Source: Lentisphaeria bacterium (lineage in GTDB: Bacteria > Verrucomicrobiota > Lentisphaeria > JABSQK01 > JAWLHB01). Taken from it: 64,000 nucleotides of DNA. A model generated the notes under the pieces. It did not search any database, was not told the origin of the DNA, and saw only the letters and a list, made by a program, of their open reading frames with translations. Below, one piece after another: positions 10,029-19,268 of this stretch. The DNA lies in contig JAWLHB010000008.1 in NCBI GenBank assembly GCA_041690595.1, forward strand, positions 62,001 through 126,000, given 5' to 3'. Numbering within the stretch: position 1 is the first letter of the stretch; every line of letters begins with the position of its first letter. Made by a program: the position numbers and the translations under genes.

Positions 10029-10270
10029 CAGGAACTCCTCCCCCTCTCGCGGCATCTGCCATCGGTACCCGAGCCACCAGACCAACAGAACGATGCACGC
10101 TGCTATGGTATGTGTGTGAAGCCACTGTATAGCGTAAGGCAACCCCTTCAAGAGACTCGACTCACAATTCCGCCGCCTCATCGGCCCCATCACCCACCAA
10201 CCCCGTGACATGACCAGCCGCGGACGGTGACTACAGCACATACCGACCACACGAACCAAAAGGAGCATGC

Positions 10271-11104
10271 ATGCAAAGGAAAACCATCTCTCTCCCGGTG
10301 GGCCTACCCGTGCTGTGGGCTGCCGCAGCCTTGCTGGCGCTGGTCGTAAGCTCCACCGCCGGTGCCTTCGACCATTCGCATCAGCGCTACGGCGCCCTGC
10401 TCAAGGCGCATGTCGCAAAGGGAGCCGTCGACTATCGGGCGCTGAAGGCCAACCCTCGCGCCTTGAATGGCTATCTCGATGAACTGGCGAGTGTATCGAA
10501 GCAGCAGTTCCAGAAGTGGTCCAGGGAAGAGCAGCTCGCCTACTACTTCAATCTCTACAATGCCGCGACCCTCAAGCTTATCGTCGATCACTATCCGGTC
10601 AGCAGCATCAAGGATATCGGCGGTTGGCTCAAGGGGCCGTGGGATCAAAAGGTGGTGCGCCTCTTCGGTGACACCATTACCTTGAACAATCTCGAGCACG
10701 ACATCCTGCGCAAACAATACGATGAGCCCCGGCTTCACGTGGCGCTGGTCTGTGCCGCCAGGAGCTGCCCGCCGCTGCGGAGTGAAACCTACACCGCCCA
10801 GGAGCTGGACAAGCAGCTCGATGACCAAGCCAGAGTCTTCCTGGCGAGTCCCGCCGGCCTGCGCCTCGACAGACGCACGGCCACCCTTCATCTCTCCGCG
10901 ATTTTCGACTGGTATGGCGATGACTTCGTCGGCACGTTCACGCCCAAGAGCGGCTTTTCCGGGCTGAAGCCAGTCGAAGCCGCGGTGGCCCATTTCTGCG
11001 CCGGTTACCTCAGCGACTCCGATCGCCTGTTCCTTCGGCGCGGTGGCTATTCCATCGCCTACCTCAACTACGACTGGTCCCTCAACGACGCAAGCGCCAA
11101 ATGA
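10271..11104 (+). CDS. Secreted DUF547 domain protein
   Basis: Signal peptide. EQLAYYFNLYNA, TLNNLEHDILR, PRLHVALVCAARSCPPL, LSAIFDWYGDDF, YDWSLN. Confidence 0.9.
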   Translation: MQRKTISLPVGLPVLWAAAALLALVVSSTAGAFDHSHQRYGALLKAHVAKGAVDYRALKANPRALNGYLDELASVSKQQFQKWSREEQLAYYFNLYNAATLKLIVDHYPVSSIKDIGGWLKGPWDQKVVRLFGDTITLNNLEHDILRKQYDEPRLHVALVCAARSCPPLRSETYTAQELDKQLDDQARVFLASPAGLRLDRRTATLHLSAIFDWYGDDFVGTFTPKSGFSGLKPVEAAVAHFCAGYLSDSDRLFLRRGGYSIAYLNYDWSLNDASAK

Positions 11105-11350
11105 GCCAGCCCCAGGCCAACCGGCCGATAGCAGCCCCACCTCGTCGACAATCGTGTAAGCACTGCTGGTGGCCGCAGGGGCGGCGACGCCCCCGTCACC
11201 CTCACGCTTCAGTGAAACCTTTGGCAAAGCCGGGTTCCTTCTGTAGTATCAGTGTTGACCGCCATCACGGCTCCCTCCATTCGCCCGCCTCCTGGATGCC
11301 GATGAGCAGCCCCTCACCGGAGAAGTGTTCCAATCCCAACCCTCTACTGA

Positions 11351-11761
11351 TCACCGTACGGCAAGAGTTGCTTGGCTCGCGATAACAGCTGCCAACTCCA
11401 TCTGGCTGGATTTGCTCATTTTGGGATCGTTCTGGTCACATGGCCAATCCACGATATTGGCATGTTTCGGGGGCGGTTCTTCAGCAACCACATCTAGGCC
11501 GGTACCGCGGACCACGGACGCACTGCAGAAAGCGACCCCATGCACCGTGCGACCTGTAATCTGCTCATCCGCGATTTCCCAGACCTGTTCCATTTCCCTC
11601 TGTTCGCACCGATATACGGACGTATTCCCGTATTGCGGATTGGGCAGGTAAGCGACTGCCTTGATGACCCCAGACGCATTGAAGTATCTGGATGAAGTAA
11701 GGAAACGCGCCAAATTCTCATCGGCACCAACTAACTCGCATAATCCTGAGGGAAGCACCAT
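11351..11761 (-). CDS. Small hypothetical protein with a possible ADP-ribosyltransferase/RES-like fold
   Basis: 136 aa, TGATG-coupled to the upstream gene. Pattern E-N-L-A-R...A-Y-L-P...T-S-V-Y-R...H-A-N-I recalls R-S-type ART-like toxins (inference). Confidence 0.65.
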   Translation of the reverse strand: MVLPSGLCELVGADENLARFLTSSRYFNASGVIKAVAYLPNPQYGNTSVYRCEQREMEQVWEIADEQITGRTVHGVAFCSASVVRGTGLDVVAEEPPPKHANIVDWPCDQNDPKMSKSSQMELAAVIASQATLAVR

Positions 11762-12267
11762 CACCCGCTGACGATATTCTGAATACACGCAAGAATCAAC
11801 GAGGGAATCTCCTTCCCATTGAATCTGGCAACGGCATGTCCTTTGTCAGTTCCGCTCAGCCAAGCGTACGCAAGCCGATCATCCGCATCAACACTGATCG
11901 TGACACGATGATGCCGATCTCGAATCCAATCGAAAGAGAGGGCTCCATCCGGTTCCGGCGCGATCTCTGGAAGAGGATACTCATCAGGCAAGGCAAAGAT
12001 GAAAGCTCCTGCATTGAAGACCGCATCGCGACAAACAGCGAGGCCACCATAACCATCCCAATCGTCCTCCGAACACTCCTCAGCTACATCGACAAGCTCC
12101 GACATCAACATGCTCTTTCGACCGCACAACGCCTGCGACTGCTCAGCTTTCCACAGCCAATCGCAACTCTCCTCGCTGACCACAGAAGCTTCATCCGATA
12201 CAGCGGAGGCATTTTCGTAGCTAAAAGCAAAAGCCCTGCAAGGACCTACTGAAATAGCTGCAGACAT
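11761..12267 (-). CDS. Hypothetical protein (acidic, DWDGYGG and PEPDGALSFDW motifs)
   Basis: 168 aa, overlaps both neighbours. The motif type is one I associate with genes next to TIGR04255. Confidence 0.7.
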   Translation of the reverse strand: MSAAISVGPCRAFAFSYENASAVSDEASVVSEESCDWLWKAEQSQALCGRKSMLMSELVDVAEECSEDDWDGYGGLAVCRDAVFNAGAFIFALPDEYPLPEIAPEPDGALSFDWIRDRHHRVTISVDADDRLAYAWLSGTDKGHAVARFNGKEIPSLILACIQNIVSG

Positions 12268-12983
12268 TGTTCTGTCACCACTCGTTTGAATACGTGGTTC
12301 TTCAGAGACCGCAAGACTTGGATCTCCTCCATAATAGTAGACCAGTTGTCGGCCTCGAGGTTCCTCTTTCCAATCGCTTCTATGTCCAGTATTACAGGCA
12401 GGTGGCCCTCTCCCGCTGGCTGTGTGACCAACACAATGTTGACAAGACACTTGGTTTCCTTGTCCACCAGCTGGTATCGATGCAGAAAGTTTCCGAATGT
12501 GAAACGCGCTTCGTCAGGCGACGTGGGATGAAGCACAATATAATCCTCCAACTCCACGGCATCGCCATCGAAAGGTAGGCGAAGGCAGTTAATGTACCTC
12601 AACCTCAATTCAATAACCTTAACAGGATTAGTAGTGTCCTTATATAGACACCAGTTACGCTTTATCTCCGGTATATAGTCGTCCAGTGTCGTGTAGGGAG
12701 CAAGCCTGTTGAAGGAAAAGCCAGAACGGCGGATCTGCACCAATTGCTTTTCATCCGAACTGACAAATTGCAGCCCTTCGAGTCGCTGATGCTTCTCTTG
12801 CAGCTCATCGGTTGAAGAGAAGCGGTGATCGTGTGTTCGCTTCACGCGGGTAACCGGATATGACTCGCCGAAGATGCCTTTATGTAAATCCTCGCTCAGG
12901 ATAAACTGCGGTGGCAGATCGCAATCGATGTCGATTACCGCCTCTACAATCGGAGGTCGCTTAAGCTGGAGACCGTCGTTCAT
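12246..12983 (-). CDS. TIGR04255 family protein
   Basis: PPIVEAVIDI, LVQIRRSGFSFNRLAPYT, LRLRYIN, VILDIE, LRSLKNHVF. Confidence 0.82.
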   Translation of the reverse strand: MNDGLQLKRPPIVEAVIDIDCDLPPQFILSEDLHKGIFGESYPVTRVKRTHDHRFSSTDELQEKHQRLEGLQFVSSDEKQLVQIRRSGFSFNRLAPYTTLDDYIPEIKRNWCLYKDTTNPVKVIELRLRYINCLRLPFDGDAVELEDYIVLHPTSPDEARFTFGNFLHRYQLVDKETKCLVNIVLVTQPAGEGHLPVILDIEAIGKRNLEADNWSTIMEEIQVLRSLKNHVFKRVVTEQCLQLFQ

Positions 12984-12990
12984 GCTGCCC

Positions 12991-13019
12991 AATGTAGTCT
13001 GACCTTTGGCGCTGCGCAA
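12991..13019 (-). promoter_or_regulatory. Sigma70-like promoter for the TIGR04255 cassette, probably leaderless
   Basis: Minus strand TTGCGC-17 nt-TACATT, then 7 nt to the ATG. No Shine-Dalgarno. Confidence 0.45.
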
Positions 13020-13134
13020 GCTCTGATAATGAGCTGAATGAGCTGGATGAGCACTCACCCGCCAAACGCCAGGCATGCGTGTTGTCGTTCGATCCTCGAC
13101 TCTCTCGATCGTCAGCGCTTTGCCGTAAGCGGCT

Positions 13135-15072
13135 TCACGGCTTTGGCAGCTTCGCCCACTCCTGGGGCGGGCGCAGGTCGACCTCGTCCAGGGCAGCGGC
13201 GGTGCGGCTGCCGGGGGTGAAGAGGACGGCCAGCTCTATCTTGCCATCAGCCGGAGCGATGGCCTCGAAGGCGACCATGCGGGTGCCTGGGTTCGGCGAG
13301 TCCCAATCGGCTCGCGGCTGGGCGGTATCCACCTCGTTCCAGACGATGTCCGCGGGAGCAAGCAGCCGTAGCTGCAAGCTCTGCTTGTCCTGCGTCAATT
13401 CCACCACGGCTCCAGTCGTACCCGCCATGGTGGCGCGGGTGACCATGCCCCAGCGCACCCGATCGCCGGGAATGAGGCCGCGCAACGAGTCGCGGATCAG
13501 TACCTGGCCGGAGGGAAGCAATGCCACGCCCCGGTAGACCGCCTCGGCCTGGCCCGCGTAGACCTCGCCCAGATCGACCACCGAGTGCGGGAAGGATCCC
13601 TCCGCGCTGAAGCTCACCAGCCGCGCCATGCCTTTGGCCACATGCAGATGGCCGTTGATCGTCAGCGTGTTGTGGCTCAGGTTGTTGAGTCGGAAAAGGC
13701 GCCACCGGTCGCTATCCTGGCCGCGGTCCCAGAGCTTCATGCCCCGCGCCTCGATGGCATGGTAAGGTTCGGCGCCCAGATCCAAGCCCCAGCGCACGCC
13801 GTCCGCATCGAGCACGAAGGAGCCGGCATCCATGTGGCCGTGATTGGCCGTCGCCGCTCCCGCTTTGAGGCCGACGAAGATGGCTTCCCGATCCTTCCAC
13901 CCGCTGCGATGCACGCTCACCGGCACATCACCCCCGCTCGCCCAGTGCAGGGGCGACTGCACCGGCGGATCCGTCGGCAGCTCCCGCAGCCAGAGCAGCG
14001 TCAGCGGCGCGAAACGATCCCCTTGTCTGGCGTTGGCCGTCGCCAGACGCCGGCGCAGCAAGGCGACCTCCGGCGCCGCCCAGTCCGGACGCCCATAGCG
14101 CTCGGCGAACCAGTGGTTGATCGGCTCATGGCTGCGCGAGTCACCGCCGTCGGCATAATTGAAGGTGCGGCCGCTGGGACCGGTGACCAGGCTCAAGTAC
14201 TCGCCGGTGAGGCTGAACCCCGGGGCCGTGCCGAGCAGGAAGTCGCTGCCGGTGGCCTGCTCGAGCATCGCGATGAGCAGCACGTTGTAGGTCGTGCCGT
14301 AGCTCCAGTACATGGGCCCTTCCGGATAGGAACCACGCGGGGCGTAGGCATGCATCGAGAGGTGCACATTGTTGACGGCGCGCAGCACGATGGCCGCCGC
14401 CAGCTCGGGCTCGTCTTCGAGGATCGCCAGCCCCCCGGCCACCAGGCCACCGTGGCAGACCTGGCCCCAGTTGTTCGTGGCGCGAACCCACCAGCCCTCA
14501 TGCTCCTGCGAAGTGCGCAGCCCCTTGCTCACGATACCGTCGCGGATTCGCGTGCGGGCATCGGCATCGAGCTCATGGTAGAGCCAGTCGTAGCCGACCG
14601 CCAGGGCGAAGGTCATCTCGCCCACATCCAGAAAATGGCTGGGATTCCAATCGCTGAAGGCGGCAGCAGCCAGCATCTCCTCCTGACAGCGCCGAAGATG
14701 CTCGGGACGTCCATTCAGACGCCAGGCCATGGCCAGTGTAAGCACCCTCGCCAGGCAGGTGCGCGACTGCGCCAGGAGCCGTCTCCCCTCCATCTTGCGC
14801 GTCACCGGAGGTTGCGTCAGCAGGGCATCGGCCTGGCGCAGGATCTCGGCAGCCAGCTCAGCCGCCAACCCGCCGGCCGCCACGCGCTCGCGCAGCGCAG
14901 CAAAATCCGCATCATTGGCAAGCAGCCGCGGATGAACACGTGGCGCCGACGCCAGCCGCTCCTGGACCATCGCCGCTGGAATCTGCCCCAGCGTCAGGCC
15001 CGCCTCGTCTTCCGCTCCGCTCCCCAGCGCCGCCATCATTGCCATCGCTGCCATGAGTATGGTGATCCTCAT
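13135..15072 (-). CDS. Secreted heparinase II/III-like polysaccharide lyase
   Basis: Signal peptide MRITILMAAMAMMAALGSGA. HFLDVGE, NNWGQVC, YPEGPMYWSYG, HGHMDAGSFV, SHNTLTING. Confidence 0.88.
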   Translation of the reverse strand: MRITILMAAMAMMAALGSGAEDEAGLTLGQIPAAMVQERLASAPRVHPRLLANDADFAALRERVAAGGLAAELAAEILRQADALLTQPPVTRKMEGRRLLAQSRTCLARVLTLAMAWRLNGRPEHLRRCQEEMLAAAAFSDWNPSHFLDVGEMTFALAVGYDWLYHELDADARTRIRDGIVSKGLRTSQEHEGWWVRATNNWGQVCHGGLVAGGLAILEDEPELAAAIVLRAVNNVHLSMHAYAPRGSYPEGPMYWSYGTTYNVLLIAMLEQATGSDFLLGTAPGFSLTGEYLSLVTGPSGRTFNYADGGDSRSHEPINHWFAERYGRPDWAAPEVALLRRRLATANARQGDRFAPLTLLWLRELPTDPPVQSPLHWASGGDVPVSVHRSGWKDREAIFVGLKAGAATANHGHMDAGSFVLDADGVRWGLDLGAEPYHAIEARGMKLWDRGQDSDRWRLFRLNNLSHNTLTINGHLHVAKGMARLVSFSAEGSFPHSVVDLGEVYAGQAEAVYRGVALLPSGQVLIRDSLRGLIPGDRVRWGMVTRATMAGTTGAVVELTQDKQSLQLRLLAPADIVWNEVDTAQPRADWDSPNPGTRMVAFEAIAPADGKIELAVLFTPGSRTAAALDEVDLRPPQEWAKLPKP

Positions 15073-15301
15073 TTTCGGGTTCCCGGCTCCATCGAAGGTG
15101 GTTATCTCAATCGGCCGCGACCTGACCTGCCTGCCCGCGGTGTCCACCCTCGAACGTAACGATGCCGCCAACGAAAGCAAGCACCACCCACAGATCTGCT
15201 GCCGCTGAAATTTGCACGTCATATGACGAAAATCACCATTGTCTCATGGGCGAAAGGCGCTATCTTTGGGGGAACTACATCACTTACATGAGGACCTGCG
15301 C

Positions 15302-16435
15302 ATGGCGCGACAAGGACGGAATTCGCGGTACTACCCTCAATACCCGGAGTACGTACCGGTTGCCGTGCGGCGGGCAAAGGCGGCAGCCGCCGCAAAGAAA
15401 TTGAGCAAAGATGGGCTGGCCTTGCAGCCAGTCATTGTGGCCGGCCGGCAGATCGCGACTACCTGGTGGGGCGCGAAGTGGAACGAAAATCTGGAGCGCT
15501 ACGCCGACTACAGCAACCGGATCGGTCGCGGCCGCTCGTACGTCCGCAACGGGTCGGTTCTGGATCTGCGCATTACCGGCGGCAACGTGCGGGCGCTGGT
15601 CAGCGGCAGCCAGCCGAAGCCCTACGAAGTCGTGATCACCATCGCCAAACTGGACGGGGAAAACTGGAACAGACTCTGCGGCGAAACCAACGATCTGGAT
15701 TCACTGCCGGACCTGCTGGCGGGAAAGTTCTCCGCCGCCCTTCAGGAACGCTTCTTCGCACCGGGGACGGGACTCTTTCCGTCGCCCCAGGAAATCACCT
15801 TCTCCTGCAGTTGCCCGGACTGGGCGAGCATGTGCAAGCACGTCGCGGCGGTACTCTACGGCGTCGGCAACCGACTTGACGCCGAGCCCCGCCTCCTCTT
15901 CGCGCTGCGGCAGGTCACCGAAGACGAGCTGGTGCGGCACAGCGTCGGCCGGACGGCGCGCGGCCTGTTGGATCGCGCCGCCACCGCCACCGGCAACGAC
16001 GTCTTGGACGAAGCGGATCTCGGCGATGTCTTCGGCATCGAGTTGGACGACGCGCCGGTCATCGCCGTGCAGTTGCCACCAGTGCCCACGCCAGCCGTGA
16101 GCCGACCCGCGGCCACCACGCCCGCCAGGTCCAAGCCAGCAGCTCCCGCCAAGAAAGCCACCCGGCCCGCCCCAGCCAAGCCCAAGCCAAAACCCGGTCG
16201 TCCCGCCAGCAAAGCGGCGGTGCCCCCAACCCCGATGCCAGGCGTCAGCAGCCCGATGATCGATCAACTCGTGGCGGCTCTGCCGCGCAACCGCCGTCGG
16301 CTGACGCCAGCCGCAATCGCCGCGTGCCTGCCGGCATGGAGCAAGACACAGGTCGCCAACACCATCGCGCGAGCAGTGAAGACGGGACATCTGGAACGCG
16401 TCGAGACGGGCGTCTACCGACAGCCCAAGGCCTAA
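15302..16435 (+). CDS. SWIM zinc-finger protein with Pro/Ala/Lys linker and putative C-terminal winged helix
   Basis: TWWGAKW, NRIGRGRSYVR, GLFPSP, CSCPDWASMCKH. Lies directly upstream of the SNF2 gene. Confidence 0.88.
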   Translation: MARQGRNSRYYPQYPEYVPVAVRRAKAAAAAKKLSKDGLALQPVIVAGRQIATTWWGAKWNENLERYADYSNRIGRGRSYVRNGSVLDLRITGGNVRALVSGSQPKPYEVVITIAKLDGENWNRLCGETNDLDSLPDLLAGKFSAALQERFFAPGTGLFPSPQEITFSCSCPDWASMCKHVAAVLYGVGNRLDAEPRLLFALRQVTEDELVRHSVGRTARGLLDRAATATGNDVLDEADLGDVFGIELDDAPVIAVQLPPVPTPAVSRPAATTPARSKPAAPAKKATRPAPAKPKPKPGRPASKAAVPPTPMPGVSSPMIDQLVAALPRNRRRLTPAAIAACLPAWSKTQVANTIARAVKTGHLERVETGVYRQPKA

Positions 16436-16438
16436 GCC

Positions 16439-19096
16439 ATGGCCGGCGGTCAGTTGCTACAGGCTTATCTGCAGGCGGACGACCTGCTCCTTGACTGGGA
16501 AGCGGCCGACGACGCGCCCAATGCCGCCTCGACCCGAGTTCAGCAGGAGACCTTTCGCCGCTATCACGCGGAGCCCGAGCAATGGCTCTACCGCCTCGGC
16601 TTCGTCCCGCTCGACCTCCCGCTCTCGCCGTCGCTCACCTTCTGGCGCGAAGTAGCCGCCACCTTCGTTCACGACCTGACGATGACCGCCGACCTGGAGT
16701 TCCAGCGCGAGCAGGCGGTGATCGAATTCGGCGACGACACTCAGGCTCGCCTGCTGGCGGCCGCGCCGCTCGGCTACGGCCTGGAAGAGCTCACGCCCGA
16801 CCGCCTGCAAGCCGTCTGGGAGACGCTGCAACAGGCGTGGCGGCGGTCGATCGCGGATCATCCCGGCACCGTCGATTCCCTGCTGCGCGCTCTGCGGCCG
16901 GATCTGGAACTGGCCGGACGAGTCTTTTTCCATCTGGTCGAGAACAAGAAGGGCCCCGCCCCCTTTGCCTTCCTGGCCACCTACTCCACAACGCTCGGCG
17001 CCGGAGGCACACCCCGTCACCTGCCGCTCAGAAATGCTCTCACCGAGTTCGCCGGCGACCAGGCGAAGCTGCTGGACCTCCTGGCCACCGTCTACCGCGC
17101 CGCCGGCCAAAGCCAGGTGCTGCCCGAACTCCTCGAAAGTGGCCGAATCTTTCATCCGCTGGGCGTCGAGGCTGACCAGGCGCTGCGCTTCCTGCGCGAG
17201 ACACCCCTCTACGAATCCTGCGGCATCCGCTGCCGCATCCCCAACTGGTGGACCAGCCGTGCGTCCCGCGTCGCGGTGAACGTCACCCTCGGTGATCGCC
17301 AGCCGTCGCAAGTTGGCCTCGATGCGTTGGTCTCCTGCCTGCCCGAACTCCGGATAGGAGACAGCCCGCTCACCCCGGACGAGGCGCGCCGTCTCTTGGC
17401 TGAGGCGGAAGGCCTGGTCCTGATCAAGAATCGCTGGGTGGAAGTAGACCGCGAGCGCCTGCAGGAAGCGCTCGACATCTACGAACGGGTCCACGCCGGG
17501 CTCGGCGACGGCCTGACCATGGGCGAGGCCATGCGCCTGATGCTCCGGCCGGATGACGCAGCCGACGGCCTCGCCGCGGGCGCCGAGGTCTCCTTCGGCG
17601 ACTGGTTCGCCGATACGGCCCGGCGCCTGGCCGACCCGACTCTGCTGCGCCAAACTCAACCCACCGCGGACTTCCGGGCCACCCTTCGCCCCTACCAGGC
17701 GCAGGGGCTCAACTGGCTGGCCTTTCATCAGTCACTCGGCTTCGGCGCCTGCCTGGCGGACGACATGGGCCTGGGCAAGACCGTGCAGGTACTCGCCCTG
17801 CTCAGTCTCGGGCGCCCGCCGGCATCCCCGCCCGACCTCCTTGTCGTGCCCGCCTCCCTTCTGGGCAACTGGCAGGACGAAATCGCCCGTTTCCTGCCCA
17901 CCCTCCAGGTCCGCATCGCCCACGCCTCCGCCGGCGAGGATCGTCGACTCGACCAAGCCGACGACACGGCGTCCCTCGACGCCGCTGACCTGGTCATCAC
18001 CACCTACGCCACCGTGCAGCGCCAGGCGTGGCTCCGCCAGCGCCAATGGCGTCTCGCCATACTCGACGAGGCCCAGGCTATCAAGAACCCCGGCACCCGC
18101 CAGACCCGCGCCATCAAGGAGCTGCGCACTCTACGCCGACTGATCCTTACCGGCACCCCCGTCGAGAACCGCCTCGGCGACCTCTGGAGCCTCTTCGACT
18201 TCATCAACCCCGGTCTCCTCGGCAACCGCGCCCAGTTCAAACGCCTCGCCGCCGACATGGCCAAGGAGCCCAGCGGATACGCCAGGCTGCGCCGCGTCAT
18301 CAGCCCCTTTATCCTGCGCCGCGTCAAGACCGACCGTTCCATCATCGACGACCTCCCCGACAAAGTCGAGATGAAGTCCCATGCCGACCTGACGCCGTCG
18401 CAAGTCCTCCTCTACCGCCACCTTGTGGCGACCCTGGAAGAAGCCCTCGAAGACAGCGACGGCATCCGCCGGCGCGGCCTGGTCCTCGGCGCCCTGATGA
18501 AGTTCAAGCAGATCTGCAACCACCCTGACCAATACAGCGGCAGCGGCGACTACGCCGAAGCCCACAGCGGCAAGTTCATGCGCCTGCGCGAAATCTGCGA
18601 AACCATCCGCGAGAAGCGCGAACGCCTCCTCGTCTTCACCCAGTTCCGCGAAATGACCGATCCGCTCGACCGCTTTCTGGCCGACGTCTTCGGCCACCCC
18701 GGCCTTGTCCTGCACGGCAGCGTGCCCGTGAACCAGCGCCGCCAGCGCGTCGACACCTTTCAGACCGCGCGCGACTACATCCCCTACCTGGTCCTCTCGG
18801 TCAAAGCCGGCGGCGTCGGCCTCAACCTCACCCGCGCCAACCACGTCATCCACTTCGACCGCTGGTGGAACCCCGCCGTCGAAAACCAGGCCACCGACCG
18901 CGCCTTCCGCATCGGCCAGACCCGCAAGGTCATCGTCCACAAATTTGTCACCCGCGGCACCATCGAGGAGAAGATCGACCGCATGATAGCCGACAAGAGC
19001 GCCCTGGCCGCCGACCTCATCGCCGATACCGGCGAAGCCTGGATCACTGACCTCCCCACCGCCGAACTCCGCAAGCTCTTCACCCTCTCCCTCTGA
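16439..19096 (+). CDS. SNF2-family helicase/ATPase
   Basis: LRPYQ, LADDMGLGKT, ILDEAQAIKN, LTGTPVEN, KAGGVGLNLT, DRWWNPAVENQATDRAFRIGQ. Confidence 0.95.
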   Translation: MAGGQLLQAYLQADDLLLDWEAADDAPNAASTRVQQETFRRYHAEPEQWLYRLGFVPLDLPLSPSLTFWREVAATFVHDLTMTADLEFQREQAVIEFGDDTQARLLAAAPLGYGLEELTPDRLQAVWETLQQAWRRSIADHPGTVDSLLRALRPDLELAGRVFFHLVENKKGPAPFAFLATYSTTLGAGGTPRHLPLRNALTEFAGDQAKLLDLLATVYRAAGQSQVLPELLESGRIFHPLGVEADQALRFLRETPLYESCGIRCRIPNWWTSRASRVAVNVTLGDRQPSQVGLDALVSCLPELRIGDSPLTPDEARRLLAEAEGLVLIKNRWVEVDRERLQEALDIYERVHAGLGDGLTMGEAMRLMLRPDDAADGLAAGAEVSFGDWFADTARRLADPTLLRQTQPTADFRATLRPYQAQGLNWLAFHQSLGFGACLADDMGLGKTVQVLALLSLGRPPASPPDLLVVPASLLGNWQDEIARFLPTLQVRIAHASAGEDRRLDQADDTASLDAADLVITTYATVQRQAWLRQRQWRLAILDEAQAIKNPGTRQTRAIKELRTLRRLILTGTPVENRLGDLWSLFDFINPGLLGNRAQFKRLAADMAKEPSGYARLRRVISPFILRRVKTDRSIIDDLPDKVEMKSHADLTPSQVLLYRHLVATLEEALEDSDGIRRRGLVLGALMKFKQICNHPDQYSGSGDYAEAHSGKFMRLREICETIREKRERLLVFTQFREMTDPLDRFLADVFGHPGLVLHGSVPVNQRRQRVDTFQTARDYIPYLVLSVKAGGVGLNLTRANHVIHFDRWWNPAVENQATDRAFRIGQTRKVIVHKFVTRGTIEEKIDRMIADKSALAADLIADTGEAWITDLPTAELRKLFTLSL

Positions 19097-19167
19097 CCGC
19101 GCAACCCTCTTTTTTTCACCTGACGAAGGCTCAGGCCAGCTGCTCGCCCCGATGCCATTGCTTTTTC

Positions 19168-19224
19168 AATTAAGTTCCTTAATCTTAATAGGTGACTTGC
19201 ATTTACCTGCGGCATGCCTATAGT
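19168..19224 (+). promoter_or_regulatory. Palindromic site plus sigma70-like promoter of the 19269 operon
   Basis: ATTAAG-TTC-CTTAAT at 19169-19183, then TTGCAT-16-TATAGT at 19197-19224. Confidence 0.6.
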
Positions 19225-19268
19225 GAGACCAGTTCCAAAGAGATCTGATTGAAGCTGGAGATGGTCAC

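Noticed and set aside
19097..19120. T-run after the SNF2 stop as an intrinsic terminator
   Set aside because: No convincing GC stem precedes it.
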